From: Jimgerdemannia flammicorona
Taxonomy: Eukaryota
Assembly (NCBI GenBank): GCA_003990765.1
Contig: RBNJ01000044.1
Span: 1-47,674 of the forward strand
Reading direction: 5' to 3'
DNA length: 47,674 nt
Shown in pieces: positions 13,740-25,087 of the stretch (positions are counted from its first letter, which is position 1; each line of letters opens with the position of its first letter). A model generated the notes under the pieces. It was not told the DNA's origin. It saw only the letters and a program-made list of their open reading frames with translations, and searched no databases. The position numbers were made by a program, and so were the translations under genes.

Positions 13740-13965
13740 GTTGTGTGTGTGGGGGGTGGGGGTAGCGGGGGGGGCGGGCGAGATCTCACCAATCAGGATG
13801 CACACAGGCCAATCAGCCGTCTGGAGGTGCACAGTGAGGGGTGAGCTTATAACCCACCCACGCTGGCAATTTTCGCCCACACAGTTTGCACCGCACACAC
13901 GCACACACGCACACGCACACAGAGAGAACGCCCTCACCGACACACCGCACCCACACACACACACA
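13740..13965 (+). promoter_or_regulatory. Putative NHP6 promoter: G-rich tract, two CCAAT boxes, TATA-like element, (CA/CG)n tract
   Basis: CCAATCAG near 13789 and 13809, TTATAA near 13847, G runs at 13750-13780, alternating purine-pyrimidine at 13893-13965. Confidence 0.55.
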
Positions 13966-14286
13966 AAATAATAGCAGGGACACTCCCCACAAGGTATGCA
14001 CCCGCCGACAGTCGCGTCCCCCCTCACTCCCATACACACCCTGCCTCAAAAATACTCCCTTCCCCAACCTGCCCGCCAAGTTTGACACGTCCCTTTGCTT
14101 TTTTAAACCTCATCATCCTTTTCCCCGGCCTCTCTTGCCCCCTCACCTTACTCGTGTACCTTCCTCACCTGCCAAAGCCACCTTATACCCTCACCGTACC
14201 ACACCACCTCCCCCACCCCCTTTTTGCTCCCTTTTTACGATCCAAAATAATAACACCTTCTCAAAATCATCCCAGATTTAACTACT

Positions 14287-15017
14287 ATGCCTAAGGACAC
14301 TAAGCCGAAGGAAGCCAAGGCCTCCAAGAGGACTGCCACCAAAGAGAAAAAGACCGCTGCTGCTACGGACGGCAAGAAGCGGCGGACGCGCATCAAGAAG
14401 GATCCCTCTGCTCCCAAACGTGGCCTTTCCGCCTACATGTTCTTCTCGCAAGAGCACAGGAAGCTCGTTCAGGGCGAACATCCCGACGCCTCCTTTGGTA
14501 AGTTTCGTTTCCCCTTGGTACTGATTTATCCCCGTTGTTTCATGACGATGGCCGTGACGTGGAATGTCCTTGCTCGAGACGCCGGATGCCATAGCTACAA
14601 ATGGAATGGTTTATCATTGTGGGAGTTTATCACACGCGTGACACCGTGATACGACCAATGCTGCATGAACTGATGCGTCGTCCACCCTTTCAATTATTGC
14701 AATAGGCGAGATCGGCAAAATCCTGGGTGATAAGTGGAAGCACATGAGCGACAGGGACAAGAAACCCTACGTCGAGAAGGCCGAAATGGACAAAAAGCGT
14801 TACGAATCCGAGAAGGCCGCCGCCGCTGTAAGTGTTACTGTGGCTATCTGGTTCGCGGGACAAGAACTCGCGCAACTTGGACCCCCGTTGCTAAGGATTT
14901 TTTGCACGCCCACTAATTTCCTTTTGTCCATCTCTACTATCATACATACAGTCTGGGGCCAAGGCCGCGAACGATGATGACGACGAGGAGGAAGAGGATG
15001 AGGATGATGACGAGTAG
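14287..15017 (+). CDS. NHP6: Non-histone chromosomal HMG-box protein (Nhp6-like), 132 aa with acidic tail
   Basis: Exons 14287-14497, 14706-14827 and 14952-15017 join in frame: [22 protein letters not shown]...[35 protein letters not shown]...[14 protein letters not shown]. Confidence 0.95.
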
Positions 15018-16299
15018 AAGCACCTTGCACCGCATCGCCTCATGTCAACGTTGTTCAGTTATTCGTTCCGCCATTTTCAAAATTTAGAAATAATCCAGCT
15101 CCGTCTTTCTCTTCTACAAACTGGGTTGTCCAGTCAAAACCCTTTCCTGGCATATTCTCGCTGGCTTGTAGTTTAGTTTGGCCTTCTTAATATCCCTCCT
15201 CGTGCGTTTTCTTCGGGCCTCTCCCCTGTGTTCCCCAATATCTTCTTCCACGCTTGTACATTGCTTTTTCTTTCATATTTTAGAAGCGAACAACACACAA
15301 GAATGGGCGAAGATTGTGGAGTCTGGGTTACGTGGATTGGGCTGCTGTATCTGACCTTCCTCTGAAGGCGGAACTTTGGAACTCTTTGTTCATTTGATGT
15401 GCCACTCTTTGCTTACGTATTTGCGTTTATCTTCCATAGCTTGTTTCGTGTTTTGTTTCGGTTGAGGCCTCATCTCTTTCTTGTATGTATTTGGATCTCG
15501 TCCATTCTCTCTATGTATACGTATTATAAATGGTGCATTCTTGCGCAGGGATAAATGAAGTGTGTCGAACTTGACTTCCTTTTAAAGTAATGTGACCTGT
15601 CTATTTCACTTTCGATTACACCCGAAAATATCTCTTTGACGGATCTGTGATGAGGGAACCAAATCCCGTATCCCGGTCCTTGGTCCTCACATGATTGTGT
15701 ATTATATATAGAATATATAGAATACAAAAAGGAGACAAAAAGTTCCAATAACGTTAGCTCCGTATAACCGATCGATTTCGGCACTATATAGTTCCATCAG
15801 CAATTGTCTTTTTCGGGGATGGGAAGCCAACCCAAAGACTGAACTCCTTGTCGATATTGACATGCAGAGGGAGGCATAAATGTATTCGCCCTTGCTTCAT
15901 GTATACGTTCCTGATTTTGAGTGACCCGGCCTTGACTTTGCCAAATAATTATCCTCTGTTCAATCACACTGGTTTTCGTGCATCAGCGCATGTCGTAAAT
16001 AGTAGCAAACGTCGCAATGTTCACTGTATCTTTGAAGTGAACGCGCAACACATCCCCCAGCGCATGCAACCATCAAGGCGCCTTTTTAGTGGCAAATTTG
16101 TGACGAGCCCACAACATCGGACTTGTGCTTCGCCCAGCAGTGCAGAACTTCCATCGTGTGACCGACGGTCCCTCGCAATTCCGGCGGTCGGCCATTACTA
16201 GCCACACCGGCTAAACAATGTTAAACTGGGACCCCCCTGAGGCCCAAAGGCCCAAGGACATCTTTACCCAACAAAGTCCAGTAAATTCATAGACACATC

Positions 16300-16728
16300 G
16301 TTATTATATAGCTGTTCCCAGGTGATTTTATGAATAGTTTAGTGATTCTTTTATAGTTTAAATATAGATAATTATTTTAATTAAATATCTTCCAAAGCTT
16401 AAATTAATCATTGATCTTTATCATTATGACTGTATTTAAGGTTTCATTATTATCATTCATTATAATATTAAGATTAATTATAATAAACTGATAAATCAAA
16501 TTATATAATGTAAAAAATTGAAAATTATAATTAAAGTAATATGTAATAATAACTAAGAAAGAGAGAGAGAGAGAGAAAATAATAAAATAAAATAAATAAT
16601 ACAAAAAATAATAAAATGTCAAATAAATGATTGGTGTATATAAAAATAAATAAAGTAGTCTGTAGTTTTAATTAGGTAATTAAATTTATTCAATTTAATC
16701 AAATTAAATAAAATTATAGATTTATTTG
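16300..16728. mobile_element. Short AT-rich degenerate repeat
   Basis: Very AT-rich and CpG-depleted, with sharp edges. Confidence 0.4.
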
Positions 16729-17290
16729 ATTGGAAACACTAGTTCCTCATTCAGAAATCCTTGCACGGGAAGTCACGGATTATAATGGTATCGTTCGCAC
16801 TACGCGGTATAATACAGGTAAAAGGTCTGGAACGATCACACACGTGTCGGTCACTAGTCGTTGGTACCATGTTCGCCAGACATTGTTCATGACGCACAAG
16901 CTTGTAGGTTTTGGCTCTCTATATGCCAAGGCGCCTAGCCGTTTGACGAATAGTCCAAGCGTCTTTGAACTGCAACGGTGACCTTTGCGACAGACAGCTA
17001 TTGTGTGTATATCTATGCTTTGAACCGGCGCCATTGGCCTCGAACATACTTTGGCAACAAATACAAATCGTTTCTCAAACGTATATACAACATATAATGC
17101 ATACTGGCATAGCACTTGGACATCAGGCAATGCCAGCATTATCTACAGACAGCTGGTGTGAGCTAGGGTAATACTGCAAAAACGGCGAACTAGCGATAGA
17201 GAGAAGAATCACGGAAATATATCTGTCAAGCTTGTGTGTTCGTACAAAGAAATACAATGACTCTATCCACAGCATCCACATATACCTATT

Positions 17291-17798
17291 CTATTGACGG
17301 GCATTTTCGCCTTCATCGAGCATAAGATGCGCGGCGTCCGTGGCTGCCCTTTCTCGTGCAACTCTTTCCACAACATCATCGTTCACGACCTACGAAGCGA
17401 ATATTTTTGTTTGAATGATTTTACCGGGCCAACTCGTTACACAGATATATATATATATATATACAAACCTCCAAAATATTGTTGTGCTTGCCCCCGCTTG
17501 ACCCCACATCTCCTGACCAAAAAGTGCCAGACACATATTCTTCCGATCCGGCTTCCACTTTGTCGGAGTCGAGGGTGTTTCCGGCTTCGCGTTGCTGGTA
17601 TTGATGCTGCTGCTGCTCAGGTGGAATCTTGCCGCGGAGCTCGCCGTGGTCGGGGCGATTATCCTTGTCGTCCCACATGTCGCCGTACCCGACCGTAGTC
17701 GGTAGGACGGCTGTGTTGGACAGGGACCGAAGAAGGACCCATTCAGAGCGAGGGCGGAGGGTAGGGCGGATTGGAGTGTAGAGGCGGTAGTAGTTCAT
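17291..17798 (-). CDS. Small two-exon hypothetical protein (142 aa), possibly mitochondrion-targeted
   Basis: Exon 17798-17469 (110 codons), GTTTGT...CGTAG intron, exon 17389-17291 (VVNDDVVERVARERAATDAAHLMLDEGENARQ*). N-terminus is Arg-rich and acid-poor; the body is acidic. Confidence 0.6.
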
Positions 17799-18289
17799 GG
17801 TATTGGTCAATAGTGTCTGCGGAAAAAGCAAAGAGAGATGGGTTTTTGAGAGGTCGCGTGTCATGTGGATATCAAGAGCGATAACGTCATGCCATGCAGG
17901 TCTCAGATCAAACGCCACACCGCATCCCAAAAGATAAATCGAGCTTTTAAAATGTTTCAGGATTTCCAGAATCAAATTAGGTAAGTGTTTACCGCCCTCC
18001 CGAGGGCCACACTTTCTCTGGACAAGCTTTTTCCCATATTGCCAATCAGGAATTTATTTTCTGCGGTCAACGCCAGAATATCTTATACACACTGCGTCCG
18101 TGAACGAAAATATTCAGTAATAAAATTTGTACCAACCAAATTAGCGCTCCGGATGTTTTGCTCGCCGGTCACGATCCTTGAAGGATTCCTTCTAGTAGGC
18201 ACAAAGTTAGTGACTTTCGGCGAGGCGCGTGTCGGCGTTGTCGTCCGCTTCGCACTCGTGCTCTCAGACCTACAGGTTATGTCTTTAGA

Positions 18290-18395
18290 ATTAGAATTGG
18301 AAAATCCGGCAAAGGCTGTGTCCTTAGAATTGAGGAAAAGAGAATCCGGCGAAGGCTGTGTCCTTAGAATTGGAGAAAGAGAATCTGACGAAGGG
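18290..18395. repeat. Imperfect tandem repeat, about 33-40 bp, 3 copies
   Basis: ttagaattg...aatccggc(a/g)aaggctgtgtcc repeated. Confidence 0.8.
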
Positions 18396-18412
18396 AACTC
18401 CCTTGGGACGGC

Positions 18413-18503
18413 TTAGCCAGCGACAAGTAGGTTCAGCATACGAGACTGACTTATGAAGAGAATTGGGGGAAGGGTTATGGAGGAGGATGGCGAGGTAGAG
18501 GCA

Positions 18504-18571
<68 letters not shown>

Positions 18572-21195
18572 CCTTTTTTCCTTTATGGCCGGCATGACAA
18601 TCTGACGCGTCGGCTTAGCAGCCTTCCGGCGCTCATCGTCCTCGTCCGTCTCATGCTCGAACAAAACGGACTCTAGAAGTACCTTGCCACGAGCGAGCCG
18701 CATCGGCATTTCTGTCCTCCTACTTGTACGTTGCGAAAGACACAAAGATACACCACGAGATGGCTTTGAAGACGTTCGTTCAATCCTGCGAAACAGAGAT
18801 GCTCGGCATGAACAATGAAAAATTACGAACATATTCGAATTTCCACGCAATAGTGGTGTCGTATCAATATCATTATAAGATAATATTCACCAAAACGCGT
18901 CCATCTACACCATAGACAAGATTCCTGTTACGAGTAATAAGCCATGCAAATATACCAACTTGTAAATGGGGTCATAAACAGATGTATATTTTTACGGAGC
19001 GTAAAAGAGGACATCGAATTTGCTTTTCGTCAACCATGCGTCTTGAAGAGATCACGCGGAGGCTTGTGAAGAGACGCTTTTCGGCTTCCAGCTTTGTACC
19101 GCGAAGCAAATTATCCCAGCAGACGCTGAACATGAGATACTAGAGACACATTATGCGCAGATTACATTAAGTAATCATAACAATCAAATCCTCGCTTCGC
19201 GAAAAATGAACACTTAATGTATGATCTCCCCCTTCAGTTGCCAATCGGCGTTGCAGAATTCAGTATCATAGTATATACCATAATGTTACCAGCCTCTAGA
19301 TTTCCTTTGGAGCTTATGCAAAGGGGTTTCAAACAAAAGGCATGGGAAGTTAACAAAGAAGAGAAATTTAGGATGTAAATAAACATTAATATCGATACCG
19401 GAAAGAAAATATCACTTTCATTAAACTATCAACCTGGCCCGATCTGTTCTGAAGGCGAGAGACGCGTGGCGAAGGGCGCAAAAACCACGACGTCCTGGAG
19501 TAAGAATATGATTGTGACGCTCCAACCAACGTATAGGCACAAAAACTTTGCCATCTCTGATACCACAGACCCGCGCTGACCAACGAAATCGAAGAATACC
19601 ACAATAGCAAATATTCTGCCATATAAGTAGAGATATGGTCCCGCGCTTTTTCTTGTCTTCCACACGTATTTGTGAGCTTTAGTTAAGCGTCAGGATAGCG
19701 TGATAATAACCCTAGATGTCGAAAGGAATAAGTCTATAGAAATACACTCACGATATAAACCAACGGTATGTTATCATCCAGGTGGATATCTGAGGCACGG
19801 ACCGCGCCAGCATGTTGCTTGCCCATTCCTATATGTGTAGAGGGGGGCGCCACGTGCATATAGCTTGTGAGAAGACAATTTAAATTTATGAATCTCTTTT
19901 TACCACGAAAGTAATCGAGGAATCTAAACGAAAATGAAAAGGTAAGTATCCAACACATTGCGCTTCTCCTACCCTCAACTGTCTCGCATCCTCAATACAC
20001 GTCCCACCCACCAACCCGCCCATCTTCTTTGCCGACTTGACACGCCTGGCTCTCACCTTAGCGACGGAGCCTTTCGTTCGACCAGCGACTTCATGAAGGA
20101 CGACAGGAAGCCTCCGTTCCAAATCGTCATCAAGAAAGGCTCCGTGCCCGAGGTTGTGATCGTTGTCGTTGCTTTTAACAAGTTCCTGGGGAGAAAAGGG
20201 GGCCAGTGGGATGTGAACGACGTTATTCTCTAGCTCGCCAGTCGTGACCCAAGTCCTCAAACCCCGCTGCGTATCAGAATGATGACATATTCTTCAGATC
20301 TTGAAAAGGCCAATCGTTGATCGGATGGATATATATACTTGGTCGCAAACGTAGTTCATTCAACTCTTGATTCCCGCCGAGACTATACAACTGGTAGTCA
20401 GTGGTAAATGTCACATCGGTTGTGGATGGTCAAGGGTATCCCAAGTTCTTGCAACGTATTCTTGTGGATTGGAAAACACGCTAAAGGTTCTAACGCAAAA
20501 ATGAAATAGAAGGATACTTGGCTGATGGTGGCGTCTTGGTGGATCGATAGCTATGCAAGTTGGATACCTACACCATGTTAGCCACCTTAAGAAACCCCTT
20601 TAAATCATCTTTCTCCGCATCCGAGGGGCATTTCGTTACCACTTCCTTCATTTCGGATGTAGCGACGTAATAAAAAGCTAATCACTTCCATTTGCGCAAG
20701 CCTAAGTAGCTAACCCCTCACCCAAACGCCAGGTAAGTGATAATAAAATCAATGAGAAATAGAATAGACTATTTACTTATCCAAAATATCCTAACAAGAA
20801 ACAACCCCTTTTTGAGCCTGAGATGAATGAAGGCTCGATGTTGTCATGAATCGTGGTCTGACGCTCATCATCTTTGACGGTCAGTAAATAGCCCCTCATA
20901 TCTGCGCCTCCCGCGATTGAGACCTCGATTTGAAGAGATACTGCGTTTATGTCGTTTCCGTTAACCGCCGTTGCTGTATTTAAAATTACTTCGTTGGATG
21001 GCGCGCGCGGTTGCATCCCCCGTATGCGTCCATTGAAGTCAATGCCAGGTGCTTGACAGAGTTCTTGGTCGCTTGCTGGAATGTAGATGGATACAAGCGG
21101 ATCAAATTTAAATGGCAGCTATATAGTTTGTTAATTTCTGATAACGTTTGGCGTTCATAGCAAATGTTCGCCTTCATGTGCACGGTTCTTGTCAT
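18413..21195 (-). pseudogene. Heavily decayed gene-like region, cut at its 5' side by a LINE insertion
   Basis: Normal GC and CpG content, broken minus-strand frames (20986-21195, 20777-21016, 19886-20260) and splice-like signals. No recognisable domain. Confidence 0.35.
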
Positions 21196-21990
21196 TTTTT
21201 TTTTTTTTTTTTTTTATAGTCACTTATACTTCACAATTTATTACCAGTCTATCAGATATAAATACAGTACTCTCTTCCACTACCTACCCCCCTAGGGTCC
21301 CCTCCCCCCCCACACACCCTTATGCTTGAACACTATCTTACCACTTACTACTCCAATCCTCCCCCCACTCTGTCCATAAATATTCTATACTAAACAATAC
21401 TAATAATCTCTCTGCAGACCCCATCCCAGCCACCAACCTGACAAGATATCCTCCATCAACCCTTTCTATCTCAACAGCCTCTCTATTAAACCCAAATGCC
21501 TTCCTTTCTCAAAAACAAATAGCCTGTATCCTGCCATCTCCACTTATACAGCTAAAACTCAATCAATAGTGAGCTACTCATTTCCAACTCTCTCCACCAA
21601 TCTATCTCTCAGTTCCTCCTATCAATCTCTCAGTTCCTCCCATCAATCTCTCTCACCATTCTCTCTTCTCACAACACTCAATTGATTCTCAACTGCTAAC
21701 TAAAAGTCTATAAGTATCTTACACTCTTTCAGCCAATATTCTGGTATCTATTCAAACCCTCCTTCCTGTCTTACATTATAATACTCCTTACAGTCAAAGC
21801 TTCCCCCCTCCACAAGGTGACCTGAATGAAAGTTGAGCATAACATTCCTCTACAGTATGACCACCAAACCACCTAGTATTTAGATAGTAGCTATTACTAT
21901 ATCTCTGCATTCTATACCCAAACACCATTCCAGTCCTACTCTTCTCTAATATCTACCATCTGTCAGCCACTAGACCATATATTCTGTCCA
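21195..21990 (-). mobile_element. 5'-truncated L1/Tx1-like LINE 3' end with poly(A) tail (second copy)
   Basis: Poly(T) followed by the same roughly 93-nt tail as 9546-9639, with a homologous CCHC-coding region. Confidence 0.8.
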
Positions 21991-22029
21991 AACTCTCTTA
22001 GACACTCAACCCCATCACTAATATTGAAG

Positions 22030-23068
22030 TCAATTAGAGAAGTATCCCCCAACAATACTATTAAAGATAGCCTGTAATCAAAGCAGTCAGTTGAGATCAC
22101 AGTCCTATGAGTAAGAGTCAGATTCCTGCCAAATGCTCAAATATGATAGTAGGGCATTTCTACTCCATTTGGCTAGAATTTGATATTCTCTTGCTTTGAG
22201 CAAAGTCGACAGCTCTGAGGGGACACAGTCATGATGTAGGGGGTCATTGACTCACTGTTAAGAGGATTTGAAGGCCAGAATAGTGAGGATGCTATCAGAA
22301 TTAGTGGTAATATAAATGGAGTTGCCACTGAAGAGTAGAATACTACCAGAAGAGAGACTGAAGGTAGTAGGACAGAGGAGGGAAATATTGGCACCTGTAG
22401 TTATAGTAGTCAAGGCAGGTGATCTATTAAGATATGCAGTTAGTGCAGAGAGTAACTGTTCAATCAATATATCAACTACTTGGGTATCAGTGGGGGTTGC
22501 CAAAGCTGATACCATAGGATCTGCACTCAGACATTTAGGGCCTGATTTGTTGGTATCAAGACATGTAACCAGAACAGCCTTCTGACCATCTGTAGAAAGG
22601 TCATGATTATGATAGAGTATAATTAGTTGATCTTTGTATAGTGTACATAAGCCAGAAAGATTGGGAATTAATGGGCATATGTGCAGAGAGTCAGATACTG
22701 GAGCCAGAGAGTCAGAAGACAGACCTTGGGACCAGTGAATAGGTGGCATATTGTTGGATAGAGTGGGTAAGTATAAAAACTTAATTGTAGATACAAATTG
22801 CTAAATGACTAGTTGTTGACATATGATGGAATATATGATTGAATGTAAAGTACAAAAAGTACTAGAATATTTACCATAGAAGTAAAGTGGTACTTAAAGT
22901 GGACATATCACTAAAATGCAAACTAACTAAGGTGGTATGGGCATAGAGAAACAATTGAAACTAAGCTAAGCTGCATAATTGTATAAATATTAAGTGAAAG
23001 ATAGATGCATGAATATTAAGTAGCCATGGCCACTTTGCTGCAGTTTGAACTATATTTATAACTATATA
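22030..23068 (-). mobile_element. 5' part of an unclassified repeat with a SAP-domain-like ORF
   Basis: LCTLYKDQLIILYHNHDLSTDGQKAVLVTCL resembles a SAP motif. Terminus and ORF are homologous to 43930-44545. Confidence 0.6.
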
Positions 23069-23618
23069 ATTTTATCAGAATTTCTGTCAGAATTTCTAGT
23101 AGCTTATAGGTATATATATAATAATTTCTCTTCTTTGTCTGAGTCTACTCATTAGACTCAGTACTAAACTTTAGAACTAAAGAAAAGTATACTGAATTAC
23201 ATTACACCATTATTCATTACTCAAATTGATAATATTTTAGGAGATACTCCATAAAGATAGTTAAAGACTTAAGTTTAGGTATAAAAAAGGATATAGAGTC
23301 TTTTAGCAACAACATAAGTATAGTTGTCAATAAAAATACAGACTTATATTTAGTGGTACTAAGGGTAGCTTATTGATTGATGAGATATTCTATCTTATAG
23401 TACTTCTTAAATTCTTATTAATAGTAGAAATCTAGAAATATTAGATCTTTTTAAGATATTATTGAGCTTCATTTAGTTCTGGGTCTCTAGAGATTCATAT
23501 ATTAATAGAAGGTAGTTCAATTGAATTCTATTAGTATTTAATAATCATAAGAATAGTAGTAGTAATTTTGTTTTTAATTTATTTTCAGTATTATTACTAT
23601 TAGAGATAAGTTATCTAT

Positions 23619-24082
23619 TGTGACAGTATAGCCAGATTTCGAAGAAGGAAATAGGGAACAGACACTTGATTGCACCCAGTCCCAAAGTAGTATAGCCATA
23701 TAGTTAGTAGTCCTCGATTCTGCCATTTGCTAAATATTTTGCAAAGTGCAAAATTGAGCTTCTCGATTTAGTATAGTATTTTGCAACTGGCAAAATATTT
23801 CACAAAGTGTTAAATGACTCATAACTTAGCCACATAACCCAGTAACCATCTCATAGCTAGCAAACTTATAAATAACTCAGTATCTTCAAGTGAATAAACC
23901 TCAGATCGAAATAGTTCAAGCAAAGAGATAGCAAAGGAACTAGTAAGCCTGCAGACAGATACACTTCGAACTCACCCACCCTCCCTTGCAACTTCAAGAG
24001 ACTCTGCAAGAGTCAGAACAATTAAGTTTTCAAGATATAGAAATCTGATATACTTTCAAGAGTAAGCATCTGCTATGTTACA
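23619..24082 (+). repeat. 5' LTR (464 bp)
   Basis: TG...CA ends; contains TATAAATA and AATAAA; about 91% identical to the 3' LTR by manual alignment. Confidence 0.95.
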
Positions 24083-24085
24083 ACT

Positions 24086-24100
24086 TGGTGCCCATTGGCT
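24086..24100 (+). other. Putative primer binding site
   Basis: TGGTGCCCATTGG 3 nt after the 5' LTR. TGG complements tRNA CCA; tRNA identity not resolved. Confidence 0.55.
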
Positions 24101-24196
24101 AGTGATTCAAGATGAATCCCTCACTTTCAAGCTAAACAATGAACAACTGCCACTACCTGAACAACCATACAAACCGAGCCCCAATACCCAGACAAG

Positions 24197-25087
24197 ATGG
24201 ATATGAGACCACCAGTATTCCACAGATATACCTCAGATGAATCAATCATCACCTTCATTGATCATTTCGAGCAGTATGCTGCTGTAAGGACCCTGACAGC
24301 AGCACAGCAAGTAGCCCTCATGTCCTTCAGCCTATGAGGTCCTGCCAGAGCAGCATTCACAGCTGCAACCCATGCAGGAAATGATGCTGATGCTATACTG
24401 ACAGCACAGAAGACCTAGCTCCATAATATATATTATATAGATAAGATCAAGCAAGCCCTGAAGGATCAGCTCAATACAATATGCCAAGGAATGAGTGAGG
24501 ATCCAAACACATTCTATACCAGAATTCGATATCAGATAATCCTTGCAGATTATGCTGCTACTATCCGGGATGAAGTAGCTGAAGCAATGTTCATGAAAGA
24601 AGTCCATCCAGAAATAGCTATGGCTATCCACTCATCACCAGTGATTCTGGATCTGCCACAAAAGGTCACCTATGCTCAGCGATACTGGATAGCCAGACAC
24701 CCACAAGACCATATGATAGAGAGAGTTACAGGAGTCAGAATCGAGATACCCAAGGCAACCAGTGTGATCCCTACCACAATGATCAATCAAAACACACCTC
24801 AGCCAAAAGCTATAGAGCAGCAAAAGAACAGTGACCCTATAGAGGAACTTGCCAAGGGGTTTGCCGAAATGACTGCCTATCTGGGAGATGTGGTAAAGGA
24901 AATCCAAGGAAGAGATCACCACCCTGTTCAGAAGTTTGCCACCACCTCAGACAAGAAGAAAGGTACCTGCTACAGCTGTGGAGAAGAAGGCTACTACTCC
25001 TATGAATACATGAGCGAAACCAAGTACAAGGCCCAACTAAGCAATACCACACAAAAACAAGGAGCAGGCCAATACAATTACCTTTGA
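24197..25087 (+). pseudogene. gag: gag
   Basis: MDMRPPVF...FIDHFEQYA; decayed zinc knuckle CYSCGEEGYYSYEY (CxxCxxxGHxxxxC); internal stops. Confidence 0.85.

Noticed and set aside
13544-14294. Overlapping His/Thr- and Cys/Val-rich ORFs
   Set aside because: Translation of (CA)n and G/C low-complexity promoter sequence.
14287-15017. HMG gene as a Mucorales-type mating locus (sexP/sexM)
   Set aside because: The sequence is Nhp6/HMGB type (KDPxAPKR, acidic tail), and no flanking RNA helicase or triose-phosphate transporter gene is present.
18413-18850. ORF with a poly-lysine run
   Set aside because: Produced by the T homopolymer at about 18505-18571; no other coding support.
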